Below, one piece after another: positions 17,697-26,939 of a stretch of 37,404 nt of DNA. The position numbers and the translations under genes are program-made. Position 1 is the first letter of the stretch. Each line of letters starts with the position of its first letter. Origin of the DNA: a virus. Its lineage: Duplodnaviria > Caudoviricetes. The stretch covers positions 1 through 37,404 of IMG/VR virus record IMGVR_UViG_3300030372_003522, one strand, 5' to 3'. The notes under the pieces were generated by a model. That model was not told the DNA's origin. It was given only the letters and a program-made list of their open reading frames with translations, and made no database searches.

Positions 17697-20600
17697 ATGT
17701 CTTTACTTGGATTAAAAAATTATCTTAATCAAAAAAATACTCAAGATGTGTCTCAAAACGAAATACAAGATTCCTCTAAAACAACAAATTCTTTTAATTT
17801 AGAACTTAAAGATTATCTAAATAAAAATACAAAACAAGACTTTTCTATAGTTGAGTCTAATGCTGATAGTTTAATGGAAAAGGAAATAAATACATCTTTG
17901 CAAAATAAAGAAAGCAAGTATTTTGAAGATATTAAGTATACAGAAGATATAGAAGAAATAGAAGAAACAAGAGAAGTAAAAGAAGTAGAAATTGAAAAAC
18001 CAAAAAGTTTAGTCGATTCTACAGATTATAGTTTTGCTCAAATAAATGATAAGGTGTGGGATGGATTATCTCAAGATACCTTTAATAGGCCCGTAAAAGA
18101 CCTTTCTGGCGAAGAAAATATAAAATTGATGGCTAACATAGCCTACAATAAAAAGCTTAATCCACAAGGCTTTAATGCTTGGACTGCCTTTGAAAATAAT
18201 AACTACAAAGAAGCATATAATGAAATCATAAACAACGGATTTGATTCTTTTGTAAAACGTTACAATGTTCCTCAAGGCCCGCTTGAATTAATACAAAGCG
18301 AATTTGGAGAGGATGCTCCTATAGCGGCTGCTATTGTGCAGGCAGAATCTGGGTTTAATGAAAATGCAATAAATCAAAATGTACCTAAAAAACAACCAGA
18401 AGAATTAAAAGAAGATTCTACCGTTGTATACGATACTTTAAAAGGTCAAGTATCAAGCTCTTTAGGTCAAGATGTATCTATAGAAAATATAAAGGAAAAT
18501 TTTTCTGAATACGGGCAATATGAGGTTGACGAAAAAGACTCTTTGAATGTTGATATAAAAGTAAAAAAAGATGGTACTTTAGAGTTAAGTGCTAAAGATA
18601 AATTTAAAGAAATGTTTTCTAAACCTCCAAAGGAACTTCAGGATGCATTTCCTGTTTTATTTAAACAAGAATCTGCAGCAGATAGAATTAAATTCTTGCA
18701 AGATAATAATTATTTAGAAAAAGATAAAACGCCTATAATTACAGATTATATAAGAGCGAGTATAGCTGAAAAATTTGGAGTTAGTCCTGATAATATTGAT
18801 TCTATTCCAGAAGAAGAAAAGGAAATTGCATTAGGTGTTGCTAGTAATATAATAACTAATATTTTATCTGCTCCTTTTTATACTCTAGAAATGTTAGAGT
18901 CTCCAGTTAAAAATATTACATCAACTCAAAATAATCCAATAGAGGAAACTTTAAAAGAAACAAGTGTTTTAGTAAAAGATTTAGGAGTATTTTTTGGACA
19001 TCAAATTGCAAACGTATCTATGTTTGTAAGTCCTTTTGCTACAGAAGAGCAAAGAAAACAAGCGAGTTTAGAATTATATAATGACCCAATGGGTCCTATT
19101 TTTGCTCTTGTTGGAGGTAAAGTAGCTGTAAAAAAATCTATAAAAAAAATAAAAGATGCTCCAAAAAGAGTTCAAGAAGCAGTAACTAATCTTCAGGCAG
19201 CTTTGCCTTATCATAAATCTGGAACAAAAGCTCCTACTAAAGATATACAACAATATGTAGACATAATGGATGACAATCCTAACGCTGTAAATGTAGCAGA
19301 ACAATTATCTTTAGACCTTCAAACTGCTTCTAAAAGTGTAACTAAAAAAACTAAAAAACCTTCAGATGATGCAAAAAAAGTTGGTGTAGACATTATTGAA
19401 GAGCCTTCTGTTAAAAAACCTAAACCTAAACCTAAAAAATACCCTGACTTAACAGATGATATGTCTAACGCATTAGTGTCTTTTGAAGAAAAATTAAAAA
19501 AAGTTAAAACTAAAAAAGAATATAATGATTTAGTAAACGAATTTATTAAAAGTGATGCTTATGAACCTGGTGGAGCAACTAAACTAAATAAAAAATTTGG
19601 AGACATAGCTGAGGCTCTTTTTGTTAAATATGAGCCTAAATCTAAACCTTCTATAGTAACTCCCAAAGTAGACCCTAAAGCTAAAAAACCTAAACCTGAA
19701 GTTTCTATAGAAAAAAGAATTTCTTCTTTAAATGAAAAAGGATTTGAAAATTTATCTGCAAATGAAAAACTATATCTTTCAAAATTAAAAGCAGTTAAAC
19801 AATCTAAAGATAAACAGAAAGAAAAAGTATCTGCAAGCAAAGAAGATATAAAACAAAGAAAAAGAGAAATTGGTCGAATTGAATATAAAATAAAAGAACT
19901 TGAGACATCTTTAATAGAACAAGCAGATTTTTTAGATGCTGACAATGTAAAATCTAGAACTAGAGAAATAAACAATTTGAGAAAAACAGTTAAAGATTTA
20001 GATAAAGATTTAAATAATATTATAGAATTGCAAGGTGGGTTTGGCGGCTTTAGTAAAATTTTTAAAAAGAAACATATAGAAAATGTTTCAGAAAACTTTT
20101 TAGTTTGGATGAAAGAAACAAACAAAAAAGGAGAATTAGTTGAAAATAATCAATTAAAAATATTTGATTATACTGATAAAGCTGTGCATGATAATAAGTT
20201 TAAATCTTTTATGTCTTCAGTTGACAATTGGTTTAATACTAGACCTTATCCATCTAATCTTAGAGGTGTTAAAGATGTAGATAAATATTACGAAACAAGA
20301 AATAGATTTTTTGGTAAAGGCCATGTTGCAGAAATGTATACCCATGAAATTATTAAAAGCTGGAAGCAATATACTCCTAAAGAATTAACTCAAATGTATG
20401 ATGTTTTAAATGGAACTAAAAAAATAGATATTATAAAAAATGCAAAACTCAGAAAAGAAACAAAAGTTGTAAGAAATATTATTGACGAGCTTGGTCAAAA
20501 TCTTGTAGATAGAAATCTTTTAAATAAAGAGACATTTCAAAAATTAAAAGGTGAGTATATAGCTAGAATATACGATGTTTATTTAGGCTCTAGTGTAGAG

Positions 20601-22640
20601 TTGACAACATATGGAAGACCTTCATTGACAAGGAAATATTCAAAGCCAAGAAAGAATTTAACTTTAGATGAAAGAAAAGCGTTTTCTGAACAAAAAACTC
20701 CAGAATTGCCATTTAGTGAAACTGTGTCTCGTTCGTTATCTGATGTATTTGCAAATGATTTTATGCAATCAATACTTGACAATAAAGATTGGTCTGCTCC
20801 AGGAACAGTAATTAAATTAAAAAATGGTAAAAAATATGGTGAAGGATATTTAAGGGAGCTTAAAAACAGGACTGGTAGTTTTATTGCAGCAGAAAAGAAA
20901 AAAGGCAATAAAGTTAACAAGGAAACACAATCTTTATATGATGAGATAACAGATGCATTAAATAAATACGATGAATCTACTCCCAATATAGATAATAAAA
21001 GGTTTGTAAGAGCGGAGGGTTATGGAATACTAGATGGAGCTTTTGTTGATAAAGGGATATTAAAAGATTTTGATGTAATGTTAAATAAAAATTCTTTTAA
21101 AGATAAAGGTCCTGGAGGCAAAATAGCTACTTTTTTAACAAATGCATTTAAAGTAAAAAACGTAGCACTAAATCCACCTACTATTATGAGAAATGCTATA
21201 AGTGCAGGTCAACAAACTTTTATATCTGGGCCTGGAATTAAAAATGTTCCTAATTCAACTTTAAAATTTATAAATGGAATAAAAGATAAAGATTATATGG
21301 AAGCAGCTAATGCAGGTTTATTTAATAAAACTTTTACAAAAGGAGAGTTAGAGTTTGCAGTTAACTGGTCTAAACAGCTATCTTCTGATTTAAAAAATAA
21401 TGTTTCTTTTTCTAATTGCGTTTACAATATTTATAATAAAACTTTAGCAAAAGGAAAAAAAGCAGCAGGAAATGCTATTGGGTTTTATGGAAAAATTGAT
21501 GATGTTTTTAAATTTGCAGTGTATTTAGATAGGAGGTCTAAAGGAAAATCTGTTTCAACTTCAACAAGATTAGCGCAAGAAGCTTTATTTGATTATAGTT
21601 TAGTTTCTCCTAGAGTTCAAAAAATAAGAGAATATATTCCTTTTACTACATATTTTACTAAAGTAGGACCTTGGATGTTAAAACAAGCAAAAAACAATCC
21701 TGTCCGCACATCTCTTGTAACTGGTGGTCCTATTGCATATGAATATTTTGGAGTAGCAGAAAAAACATTAAAAGAAAAAGGCACAATAGATGCTGATTGG
21801 GAAAGATACGAACAAACTAATTTTAAAAATTTACAATCAGGTTCTTTTTTAACTTTGCCAACTAAAGATGCTAATGGCAATTTCCAAACGTTAAATTTTG
21901 CACATATGCAGCCACATGGTGCTTATTTACAAATTGGTGCAAAACTTTCAGACATATATTATGGATATGATGAAAATCAAGGACTAACATCATCTTATAA
22001 TATAGAAAATATTTATAATAGTTTATTAAATGCTGGTGATGAAACACTTTCAAATTACAGCGCAAATCCACTACCAACATTATATTTTGCTTCTAAAACA
22101 GGAGTGGTTCCTACAAGGAATGGTTCCTATAATTTATATTCACCACTTGACAGTAAAGCAACTAAAGTTTTTAAATATGCGGCATTTGTTGCAGACATGC
22201 TTTTTATTCCTCCTTCAATTGGCGGTGGAGATTTAGGGTTAGTTGGTGAGTATTTAAATATGGATAGTCAAAGTATTAGAAAGTCAAAAAGAACAGATGC
22301 GCAAATTATATCAAGTGCAATGGGAATGAATATATACCCTGTAGATATAAATAAAGATTATTTAAACAAATTCAACAAATATAAAAGAGAATTTAATAAA
22401 ATTGAAAGAGCAGAAAATTTTGAACAAAATAAAATTATGGAAGATGTAAATTTATCGAACGATGAAAAAGAAACAAAAATAAAAGAAATTACAAACAAAG
22501 CATTAGAAAGAAAACTAGAGTTAATTGATTCTAATTTTGGAAAAGAAACTGAAAAAACATTTAAAGCAAGATTAGATTCAACTAAAACTTCTGAAGCATT
22601 TAAAAAAATGGTAGAAGAAGCTAAAAAAATACAAGATTAG
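17697..22640 (+). CDS. Giant internal virion (ejection) protein with N-terminal transglycosylase-like domain
   Basis: 1647 aa. AAAIVQAESGFN and DYSFAQIN lysozyme-fold motifs near the N-terminus; LNP.TIMRN, DDVFKFAVY, LFDYS, IPFTTY motifs typical of large ejection proteins. Confidence 0.7.
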   Translation: MSLLGLKNYLNQKNTQDVSQNEIQDSSKTTNSFNLELKDYLNKNTKQDFSIVESNADSLMEKEINTSLQNKESKYFEDIKYTEDIEEIEETREVKEVEIEKPKSLVDSTDYSFAQINDKVWDGLSQDTFNRPVKDLSGEENIKLMANIAYNKKLNPQGFNAWTAFENNNYKEAYNEIINNGFDSFVKRYNVPQGPLELIQSEFGEDAPIAAAIVQAESGFNENAINQNVPKKQPEELKEDSTVVYDTLKGQVSSSLGQDVSIENIKENFSEYGQYEVDEKDSLNVDIKVKKDGTLELSAKDKFKEMFSKPPKELQDAFPVLFKQESAADRIKFLQDNNYLEKDKTPIITDYIRASIAEKFGVSPDNIDSIPEEEKEIALGVASNIITNILSAPFYTLEMLESPVKNITSTQNNPIEETLKETSVLVKDLGVFFGHQIANVSMFVSPFATEEQRKQASLELYNDPMGPIFALVGGKVAVKKSIKKIKDAPKRVQEAVTNLQAALPYHKSGTKAPTKDIQQYVDIMDDNPNAVNVAEQLSLDLQTASKSVTKKTKKPSDDAKKVGVDIIEEPSVKKPKPKPKKYPDLTDDMSNALVSFEEKLKKVKTKKEYNDLVNEFIKSDAYEPGGATKLNKKFGDIAEALFVKYEPKSKPSIVTPKVDPKAKKPKPEVSIEKRISSLNEKGFENLSANEKLYLSKLKAVKQSKDKQKEKVSASKEDIKQRKREIGRIEYKIKELETSLIEQADFLDADNVKSRTREINNLRKTVKDLDKDLNNIIELQGGFGGFSKIFKKKHIENVSENFLVWMKETNKKGELVENNQLKIFDYTDKAVHDNKFKSFMSSVDNWFNTRPYPSNLRGVKDVDKYYETRNRFFGKGHVAEMYTHEIIKSWKQYTPKELTQMYDVLNGTKKIDIIKNAKLRKETKVVRNIIDELGQNLVDRNLLNKETFQKLKGEYIARIYDVYLGSSVELTTYGRPSLTRKYSKPRKNLTLDERKAFSEQKTPELPFSETVSRSLSDVFANDFMQSILDNKDWSAPGTVIKLKNGKKYGEGYLRELKNRTGSFIAAEKKKGNKVNKETQSLYDEITDALNKYDESTPNIDNKRFVRAEGYGILDGAFVDKGILKDFDVMLNKNSFKDKGPGGKIATFLTNAFKVKNVALNPPTIMRNAISAGQQTFISGPGIKNVPNSTLKFINGIKDKDYMEAANAGLFNKTFTKGELEFAVNWSKQLSSDLKNNVSFSNCVYNIYNKTLAKGKKAAGNAIGFYGKIDDVFKFAVYLDRRSKGKSVSTSTRLAQEALFDYSLVSPRVQKIREYIPFTTYFTKVGPWMLKQAKNNPVRTSLVTGGPIAYEYFGVAEKTLKEKGTIDADWERYEQTNFKNLQSGSFLTLPTKDANGNFQTLNFAHMQPHGAYLQIGAKLSDIYYGYDENQGLTSSYNIENIYNSLLNAGDETLSNYSANPLPTLYFASKTGVVPTRNGSYNLYSPLDSKATKVFKYAAFVADMLFIPPSIGGGDLGLVGEYLNMDSQSIRKSKRTDAQIISSAMGMNIYPVDINKDYLNKFNKYKREFNKIERAENFEQNKIMEDVNLSNDEKETKIKEITNKALERKLELIDSNFGKETEKTFKARLDSTKTSEAFKKMVEEAKKIQD

Positions 22641-22647
22641 GATAATA

Positions 22648-22676
22648 TTTACAGAAGTATTAAATTAGGCTAGAAT
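22648..22676 (+). promoter_or_regulatory. Sigma70-like promoter
   Basis: TTTACA-N17-TAGAAT in the intergenic gap before 22745. Confidence 0.55.
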
Positions 22677-22744
22677 TTATAATATATGTGCCCATGTCAA
22701 CCACTCTGGGCGGTAAGGCACAATAACAAAAAGAGAGGAATATA

Positions 22745-23269
22745 ATGGGAAAAACCCTAATAAGAGGTTCATCTGTTAAAGAAAGACTAGGCAGAATGGA
22801 CGTAGACTTCATAGATGTAACATTAACTACTGATATAGAAACACATGCAAATGGAGACGTAATTACTTTGCCTATTGAAATTGAAAATGCAGTTTCAGTA
22901 AAAGGTGGTCGAGGAATTATTCAGTCTTTAATTCTAACAAATGGAGACAACTCTCTTGAATCTCCTGCAATTGAATTAATGTTTGCATCTGAAACAATGG
23001 ATGTATCTACAACACCAGATGAAGGTGAAGCTGTAGGTATAGAAGATGCTGATTTAACTAAGCTGTGTGGTTCAACTACAGTAAGCAATTGGAGTCTTGT
23101 AAATACAAGTAAGGCTGAAGTAGCAACAAAATCAAACATTGGATTAGTTGTAAAAGCTGCATCAACATCAACAAGTATTTTTGTAATTGCTATATGTCGT
23201 GATGCTGGTGGATTTAGTGCTAGTGCAACTACAGATTTAAAACTTAGATTAGGAATTATAAAAGACTAG
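22745..23269 (+). CDS. Hypothetical beta-rich protein, possibly a virion decoration protein
   Basis: GAGAGG RBS; 174 aa acidic, beta-strand-like; coupled to the LamG gene. Confidence 0.45.
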   Translation: MGKTLIRGSSVKERLGRMDVDFIDVTLTTDIETHANGDVITLPIEIENAVSVKGGRGIIQSLILTNGDNSLESPAIELMFASETMDVSTTPDEGEAVGIEDADLTKLCGSTTVSNWSLVNTSKAEVATKSNIGLVVKAASTSTSIFVIAICRDAGGFSASATTDLKLRLGIIKD

Positions 23270-24015
23270 TGTTTCCCTCAAGAGCAATGACAGTATTAGG
23301 TGGCGACTCGTTTAGAGATGAGTATTCTTTAGATTTTGATGGTTCAGATGATTATATTGTAATAGGAAATCCTTCTGATTTACAATTTGGAACAGCATCT
23401 ATTACATTTACATTTTGGGTTAAACAAGATTCTGGAGATGGTGGTTATTTAATTTCAAAAAGAGATACTGATAATGGTCAGTTTAGCGTTTATGTTGAAT
23501 CTGATGGACAACATAGAATGTATAATGGAACAAATACTATGTCAGGTTCTAATTTTGGAACTGCTTGGGATTTTGGAGTTTGGAATCATCTTGCTATGGT
23601 TTATGACCATAGTGCTGGTAGTCTTACTAAATATTTAAATGGAAAATTAGATGTTGTTGATACTTCTTTAAATACTCCTTCTAATGTAGATGATAATCAA
23701 GCGTGGCGTATAAATGGAAGGTTTTCGGCAGGAGATGCGATGACAGGTACATCTGATGCAACTGCAATTAAAATGTCTGAAGTAACTATATATAATAAAG
23801 CTTTATCAGCATCTGAAATTGCAACTATATATAATGGTAGAGAACCTTACAATCATAAAGAAGGAGTATGTTCTTCTAATTTAAAAGCTTGGTGGAGAAT
23901 GGGTGATGGTACAGAAAGAGGAAGTGGAACAACAATTTACGATATGTCAAATAGTTCAAATAATGGTACTATGACTAATATGGCTGCAAATGATTTTACA
24001 GGGGATACACCATAA
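23269..24015 (+). CDS. LamG / concanavalin A-like lectin domain protein
   Basis: SLDFDGSDDY, TFTFWVK, WNHLAMVYD, YLNG, EVTIYNKALSASEI, LKAWWRMGDG, DMS..NNGT motifs. Confidence 0.88.
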   Translation: MFPSRAMTVLGGDSFRDEYSLDFDGSDDYIVIGNPSDLQFGTASITFTFWVKQDSGDGGYLISKRDTDNGQFSVYVESDGQHRMYNGTNTMSGSNFGTAWDFGVWNHLAMVYDHSAGSLTKYLNGKLDVVDTSLNTPSNVDDNQAWRINGRFSAGDAMTGTSDATAIKMSEVTIYNKALSASEIATIYNGREPYNHKEGVCSSNLKAWWRMGDGTERGSGTTIYDMSNSSNNGTMTNMAANDFTGDTP

Positions 24016-24245
24016 TGTTCGATAATAGAAAATGGATAATTATAAATGTATCTGACATAACAGAAGAAATGATTTCAAGTGCTATACAATCTAGTATAAA
24101 TACATTAAGAAAAACTTTAGATGGTTCTAAAGCAATATTAAAATGGGATGGGGATACTCCATCTTGTTTTGATGGATTAACAACATATACTCATAGCGAG
24201 ATTCGTACTGAACTTGCAAAAAGTGAATGGAATAGTAATGACTAG
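24015..24245 (+). CDS. Small conserved phage protein accompanying LamG
   Basis: TLRKTLDGSKAILKW...YTHSEI...SEW; coupled to both neighbours. Confidence 0.65.
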   Translation: MFDNRKWIIINVSDITEEMISSAIQSSINTLRKTLDGSKAILKWDGDTPSCFDGLTTYTHSEIRTELAKSEWNSND

Positions 24246-24648
24246 TAATTTATTAGAAGCAGTAAAATTATCAGAAGGATTTAGAGATAAAGTATATAAA
24301 TGCACTGAAGGTTATGATACTATAGGCTATGGATTTGCAATAAAAGATTTAGTTATGGATGAAGATATAGCTGAGATGATTTTAAGAAGAAAACTTGACT
24401 CTTTAATAGATAGGGTAAATAATAAATTTGCATTTTTAAAAGACCTACCTAATGAAGCCCAAGATGTTGTATATGAAATGTCTTATCAAATGGGTGTTAA
24501 TGGAGTATCTAAATTTAAAAGATTTTTACAAGCATTAGAAGAAAACGATTATGGTTGGGCAGCAATAGAGATGCTTGATTCTAGATGGGCTAAACAAACG
24601 CCAAATAGAGCAAAGAAATTAAGTGATATTATAAAAGGATTGGCATGA
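24238..24648 (+). CDS. Endolysin, GH24 (T4-type) lysozyme
   Basis: EGFRDKVYKCTEGYDTIGYG (E-x8-C-x5-T), MSYQMG, EMLDSRWAKQTPNRA. Likely start is ATG 24238. Confidence 0.92.
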   Translation: MTSNLLEAVKLSEGFRDKVYKCTEGYDTIGYGFAIKDLVMDEDIAEMILRRKLDSLIDRVNNKFAFLKDLPNEAQDVVYEMSYQMGVNGVSKFKRFLQALEENDYGWAAIEMLDSRWAKQTPNRAKKLSDIIKGLA

Positions 24649-24893
24649 TGATAGATAAGAAGATTTCCGTTGGAACTCTAATAACAATAGCAACAATCGG
24701 TGCAACTGTAATTTTTACACAAGGAGCTACTTCACATAGGATTGAATATGTTGAAAAAGAAACTTATGAAAATAAAGAGTCAATTAAATCTATAGTAAAA
24801 GAAGTCAATCAAAACAAAATAGATATAGGTAAAATAGAAACTAAAATAGATGAAGGGTTTAAGAGAATAGAAAACTTATTCATTGAAAACTAA
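24645..24893 (+). CDS. Putative holin-like membrane protein
   Basis: N-terminal hydrophobic segment plus coiled coil; ATGA overlap with the endolysin. Confidence 0.45.
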   Translation: MMIDKKISVGTLITIATIGATVIFTQGATSHRIEYVEKETYENKESIKSIVKEVNQNKIDIGKIETKIDEGFKRIENLFIEN

Positions 24894-24904
24894 ATTGGTA
24901 TATT

Positions 24905-25690
24905 ATCGGTCGTAGGAAAAAAGACAAAGGTGTAGTTAAAAGGGCGGTTGTTACGCCAGATAAGCATTTTCCGTTGCATGATGCTGATGCAATAAGTGTT
25001 TTAAAGAAAACAATAGAAATAGTAAAGCCAGATATATACATAGACTTAGGAGACGTAGGAGAGTGGGAGTCGTTTTCTGCTTGGAAGTATAAAAGAAAGA
25101 AAGCACCTCCTTTAGAATTTATGATTCCAGAAATGGAACAAGATGTTAATGAAGTAAACGTAGGAATGGATTGGATAGATGAGTCTCTTGATAAAGTCAA
25201 TTGCAAACAAAAGTATATTACTGAAGGCAATCATGACAACTGGCTCAATATGGCTGTTGAAAAATACCCATACATTCCACAATATAAATTTAAGAATGCC
25301 GTTAATCTTCGTGATAGAGGATATACTTACTATCCTTTTGGTAAGCATCTTAAAATAGGAAAATTATATTTTTATCATGGCCACCAATATGGAGGTCAGT
25401 ATCATACATCTAATCATCTTAGAAAGCTAGGGTGTAATGTTATGTATGGACATTGGCATGATTTACAGCAAATGAGTGCTACTCATATGGATGGTCCTAA
25501 GTCAGCATGGAGTATAGGATGTTTAAAAGACATGGGGCCAGATAGTAATGAGTGGTTAGACAATAGAAGAATAAACTGGGCTCATGCTTTTGCAATAGTA
25601 GATTTTTATGAAAAAGGACACTTTACAGTGCATATAATACAAATTATAGATGGGAAAACATCTTTATGGGGAGAGCTTATAAAGGGATGA
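24905..25690 (+). CDS. Calcineurin-like metallophosphoesterase (start uncertain)
   Basis: PDKH (upstream of the tracked TTG), LGDVGE, GNHD, YHGH and GHWH metal-binding motifs. Confidence 0.88.
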   Translation: MGRRKKDKGVVKRAVVTPDKHFPLHDADAISVLKKTIEIVKPDIYIDLGDVGEWESFSAWKYKRKKAPPLEFMIPEMEQDVNEVNVGMDWIDESLDKVNCKQKYITEGNHDNWLNMAVEKYPYIPQYKFKNAVNLRDRGYTYYPFGKHLKIGKLYFYHGHQYGGQYHTSNHLRKLGCNVMYGHWHDLQQMSATHMDGPKSAWSIGCLKDMGPDSNEWLDNRRINWAHAFAIVDFYEKGHFTVHIIQIIDGKTSLWGELIKG

Positions 25691-25779
25691 TTAATATTAT
25701 AATCATATTTGCCTTTGCTTTAATATTTGTGCTTTATTCATATTTTTTGTATACATATGTTAAGGATGATGATAAATAA
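25687..25779 (+). CDS. 30-aa single-TM peptide (not in ORF track)
   Basis: MINIIIIFAFALIFVLYSYFLYTYVKDDDK; ATGA and TAATG overlaps fill the gap exactly. Confidence 0.55.
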   Translation: MINIIIIFAFALIFVLYSYFLYTYVKDDDK

Positions 25780-26081
25780 TGGATATATTAGCAATATTAG
25801 AGCAGTTTGGAGTACCCGTAGCTATGTGCGTAGCGTTTGGGTATTTTATATTTAAACAGAATAAATGGATTCAAGATGATTTAAAGCGTGATTTAGATGA
25901 TGCTAATGAGCGTTTTGAAAAGATTGTTATTGGATTAATTAACTCTCAAAAACAAATGCAATTAGATATTAAAGACTCTAAGGCTAGCTATAGAGCTATT
26001 GTAGAAATATTAGCATCTTTATCTGGTAATGGTCTAAAAGAAAAGTTTTTAAATAAACGAGATAATGATAGGAATTGGTAA
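25779..26081 (+). CDS. Putative holin-like protein (TM plus coiled coil)
   Basis: LEQFGVPVAMCVAFGYFIFKQ N-terminal TM segment. Confidence 0.5.
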   Translation: MDILAILEQFGVPVAMCVAFGYFIFKQNKWIQDDLKRDLDDANERFEKIVIGLINSQKQMQLDIKDSKASYRAIVEILASLSGNGLKEKFLNKRDNDRNW

Positions 26082-26224
26082 TGTTTCCAGTATTAAAAAT
26101 ATTAACACCAAAAGTATTAAAAGCCATTATGAAATATGTGTTTGAAGAAAACAATTTAGACCAACAAATGGGGTCTGTAAGAGCTAGATTAGATAAACTA
26201 GAAAAACAAATCAAGGAGAAATAG
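26081..26224 (+). CDS. 47-aa hypothetical protein (not in ORF track)
   Basis: MFPVLKILTPKVLKAIMKYVFEENNLDQQMGSVRARLDKLEKQIKEK; TAATG coupling. Confidence 0.6.
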   Translation: MFPVLKILTPKVLKAIMKYVFEENNLDQQMGSVRARLDKLEKQIKEK

Positions 26225-26225
26225 A

Positions 26226-26435
26226 ATGAGTTTTTTAAAAGACATGATTAGTGAGCACAAAGAAGATATTATTAATAAAATATTTGATGACGAGTTACAA
26301 GAAAAGATTGTCTCTAAATTAAACGAGCATGTAGATATTCCAATTATATCTGAAAAAACAGAAGCAAAAATATTAAATGCTATCTACGACTCTATTGAAG
26401 ATGTAGTAAAAGAAGTAATGCTAGAAAAACTTTAA
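26226..26435 (+). CDS. Hypothetical acidic protein
   Basis: AAGGAG RBS; LNEHVDIPIISEKTE motif. Confidence 0.65.
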   Translation: MSFLKDMISEHKEDIINKIFDDELQEKIVSKLNEHVDIPIISEKTEAKILNAIYDSIEDVVKEVMLEKL

Positions 26436-26441
26436 TAGTTT

Positions 26442-26747
26442 TTGAAAAATCATATCAAAATATGCGGTCATTACTACGAAGTTAAGTTTGTAGAAAATTT
26501 AACAGACTCTAGTGGTGACCGACATGCCTGGGGTAGAATCCACCCTGCCAATCAAATTATAGAAATAGAAGCAAACTGCAAAAACAGTAAAAAGAAAGAG
26601 TCTTTAGTCCATGAAGTTATACATGCTATTGAAGCTAGTGTTGATTTAGGTTTAAATGAATTAGAGATATGTGTTTTAGCTAACGCTTTGTTTCAGTTAG
26701 GTTTTGGGGAGTTGCTGATTGAAAAATTAGATGTTCCTATACTCTAA
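26442..26747 (+). CDS. HExxH zinc metallopeptidase-like protein
   Basis: ESLVHEVIHA plus a downstream E (LNELEI); ImmA/IrrE-like minimal zincin layout. Confidence 0.7.
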   Translation: MKNHIKICGHYYEVKFVENLTDSSGDRHAWGRIHPANQIIEIEANCKNSKKKESLVHEVIHAIEASVDLGLNELEICVLANALFQLGFGELLIEKLDVPIL

Positions 26748-26939
26748 TTATTTCTCGTGAAATAAAAAGTCTACATTGTTTATCTCTTTAATAGCTGCCT
26801 TAGCTATATCTGCTATACCAGACTCTTCAATAGCCTCTAATGCTTCCATAGCAATTATAAGCTTCTTGTTTGTTTTAGAGATAGAATCAGCTAACATATT
26901 TTTTTCTGTTTCCAGTTGAAATATATACTCTTGTGACAT
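26748..26939 (-). CDS. Hypothetical coiled-coil protein
   Basis: GGAG RBS; last gene of the minus arm. Confidence 0.6.
   Translation of the reverse strand: MSQEYIFQLETEKNMLADSISKTNKKLIIAMEALEAIEESGIADIAKAAIKEINNVDFLFHEK

Noticed and set aside
5738-22667. TAAATTA upstream of three late gene blocks (5738, 15271, 22661) as a late promoter
   Set aside because: The 7-mer is too common at this AT content to support without an enrichment test.
38-26214. Minus-strand and alternate-frame ORFs within the late arm (e.g. 426-749, 19559-20125, 24880-25230)
   Set aside because: Shadows of long, motif-bearing + strand genes; no RBS or motifs.
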